From Octopus sinensis (taxonomy: Eukaryota): a DNA stretch of 23,898 nt. The notes under the pieces were generated by a model that made no database searches, was not told where the DNA came from, and saw nothing but the letters and a program-made list of their open reading frames with translations. The translations under genes were made by a program, and so were the position numbers. The stretch covers positions 1 to 23,898 of the forward strand of contig NW_021836543.1 in NCBI RefSeq assembly GCF_006345805.1. The letters are read 5' to 3'. Positions 21,817 to 23,898 of the stretch are shown one piece after another; the stretch's first letter is position 1, and the number at the start of each line of letters is the position of its first letter.

Positions 21817-21876
21817 TATCAGCAACCAGAAGAACAAGAACAACAGCAACAACAACAACAACAACAACAACAACAA
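21781..21876. repeat. (CAT)n and (AAC)n trinucleotide repeats
   Basis: Directly visible. Confidence 0.95.
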
Positions 21877-22231
21877 AGTCGGTTCCCATCAACTCGCTAC
21901 CATATTACTATCATGTGATTGTTATTTTGGGCGCCAAACATGCTTTCACCTCATATTTATATGACGTGTATCACAGCAGCATATTGCATCTGATTTCCAA
22001 GCATATTCTACAAAGGTAGTGTTAACACCCTCTGTTGGCGTATTCTTGTACCATCTCAAATGATTGCAAAATATAATAAAAAGACATACATAAAACACCG
22101 TAAATATAAATAATATACTTAATGTGTAAAGTAGTTTTACCTAGGTTTACGTTAGATTCATAAACAGAATGCTTAGGTTTACATTAGATAAATAAGCACA
22201 AACAGGAAATTAGACTAAATAAGAAACTGGT

Positions 22232-22265
<34 letters not shown>

Positions 22266-22446
22266 GATGCTGCTGTGCTGCATCACCAACACCAGAACCA
22301 GCACCACCACCACCGTCACCACCACCAGTGTCATCACCACCACCACTGTCATCACAACCACCACGACCACCACCACGACCACCACCACGACCACCATGAC
22401 CACCATCACGATCACCACGACGACCACGACAACCACCACCACCAGT
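22232..22446. repeat. (ACT)n then (ACC/ACG)n trinucleotide repeat tract
   Basis: Directly visible. Generates the poly-Thr, poly-Val and poly-Gly ORFs. Confidence 0.95.
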
Positions 22447-23898
22447 ATTAAAATTGTTTGTGTCATTCATGTTGGTGTTCTATTTTTCACAGAATTAGTA
22501 AGAAACAGTTGTTTCTATACCTCTTTGTGAAACTTTTAAAGTCAGAATCTCTCATCTGGAGTACTATCTTATACTGATCGAGTTCAGGAGTTTTCCGGTT
22601 TGCCATCTCTTCAAACGTCTCGTTTAATTTGACTTTTATAATATTTTTATCTATTGATTTATTTTCTACTTCAGTTTTAAATTCCCTAAAGCAAGTCGTT
22701 ATACCCTTGTATCGAACCTTTTTACTCGAAGTACCCGATGCCGCAGCATTTGGCACATCATTCACCTAACATTTATTACAGTTGTGAAGTTACTGCTACA
22801 ATTGTTTTTCAAGAGCCTGTTCTATGCATATTGATTTATTCTTTGTGGGTCTCTATTATTTTATATGGATTTACCAAATTCTTTTATCGTACCTCTGATT
22901 TAACATTCTGTAACCCTCTGCGTATAATGTTATAGTTTCTCGGGAGATCGTTCTTGTATCTTTTTCTCCTCATGAACTTCTTTTCAGTTTCACAGTGATA
23001 CAAACTGCACAGTATGAGGTTATTTTCGTTTCTAATGTTCTCAAACTTGACTTTAGCTAATTATTTATCTAGTATTTCAATTTCACTTTCGATCCCTTTC
23101 AAGCCGCCAATCTCATTCTATCCCGATTTCTCTTCCCATTTAAACATTGAAATAAGTTCCTTTCCTTTTATTTGCCTATCTTCTGTAATATCCATCCCCT
23201 TAGCGAATTTATTTCATCTTCGATACCACTTCTTTCCTGCTGACGACCCATTGATCTTTCCCATCTCTTTATCTTCCACAGATGTGACAAATTCTTTCTG
23301 CTGCAGCTGTGATAACCAATATTCTGTCATGATTCAATTGTTATTTTTTTAAATCTAAAACTCCTTATTTTGTCGCCAAGAACAAGTCTCTCTCTATTTC
23401 ATGCATTCATTTCCTACGCTCACTCCCTCATAATTCTGACGTCATTTTCTGAACGTCTTCTCCTAATACTTACAACAGTAGCTAAAGTGCTACAGGGCCT
23501 ATCATACTATAGATACGGACTCTAGCCTTGCAAGATACCTTCACTTAGGGATCTTTCATTCACCAGTGGCACTGCAATATACATTTTTATCTGATACTAA
23601 TCGAATACAGAGAATTGTAGTAATAATTTGACGATTACTGGTGTTCTTATAGGTAAACTATCATAGGGAGTATACTAAACAAAGCTAAAGTGTATATCAT
23701 CCCCTAGTGACGTACGGAACCCCTGTGAGCAGATCCGTTACACGATGAGCTGCAGTAACAATTATTATTTTATTGTCATCTAACGTGATTCTGTAGTACA
23801 GTATACCATGTTTAGTTTTAGTAATACGAATAGCAATATTACCAATAGTGATATCGAAATACTGTTCGGATGGTTGTTGACTCTCCTGACTTAACCCT

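Noticed and set aside
22215-22530. Mucin-like poly-Thr, poly-Val and Gly-rich ORFs
   Set aside because: Overlapping frames of an (ACC/ACG/ACT)n repeat; no splice or domain context.
23890-23898. TTAACCCT at the window end, like a piggyBac TTAA-CCC terminus
   Set aside because: Only 8 bp are visible and there is no partner end in the window.

Overview
AT-rich, microsatellite-saturated eukaryotic DNA. The SINE types look like those I recall from octopus, so the source is probably Octopus (inference). No intact protein-coding gene is present; almost all supplied ORFs are microsatellite artefacts. Manual translation shows: (1) a heavily disabled Methuselah-like/family-B GPCR pseudogene on the minus strand (~7537-10333), split by a SINE and an AT-rich repeat, plus one probable and one weak additional ectodomain remnant on the same strand; (2) decayed transposons: two Tc1-type elements (one near-complete with IR/DR ends), several TA-flanked MITEs, an RTE endonuclease fragment, an R4/Dong-like RT fragment, an internally deleted Helitron and five tRNA-derived SINE copies; (3) six full and two partial minimal type-I hammerhead ribozyme motifs from several unrelated short repeats next to (TA)n tracts. 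Three have canonical or near-canonical cores, two share a non-canonical CUGUNGA core, and two sit beside long fold-back palindromes. These resemble Penelope-like element/retrozyme termini. All structures were folded by eye and are untested.
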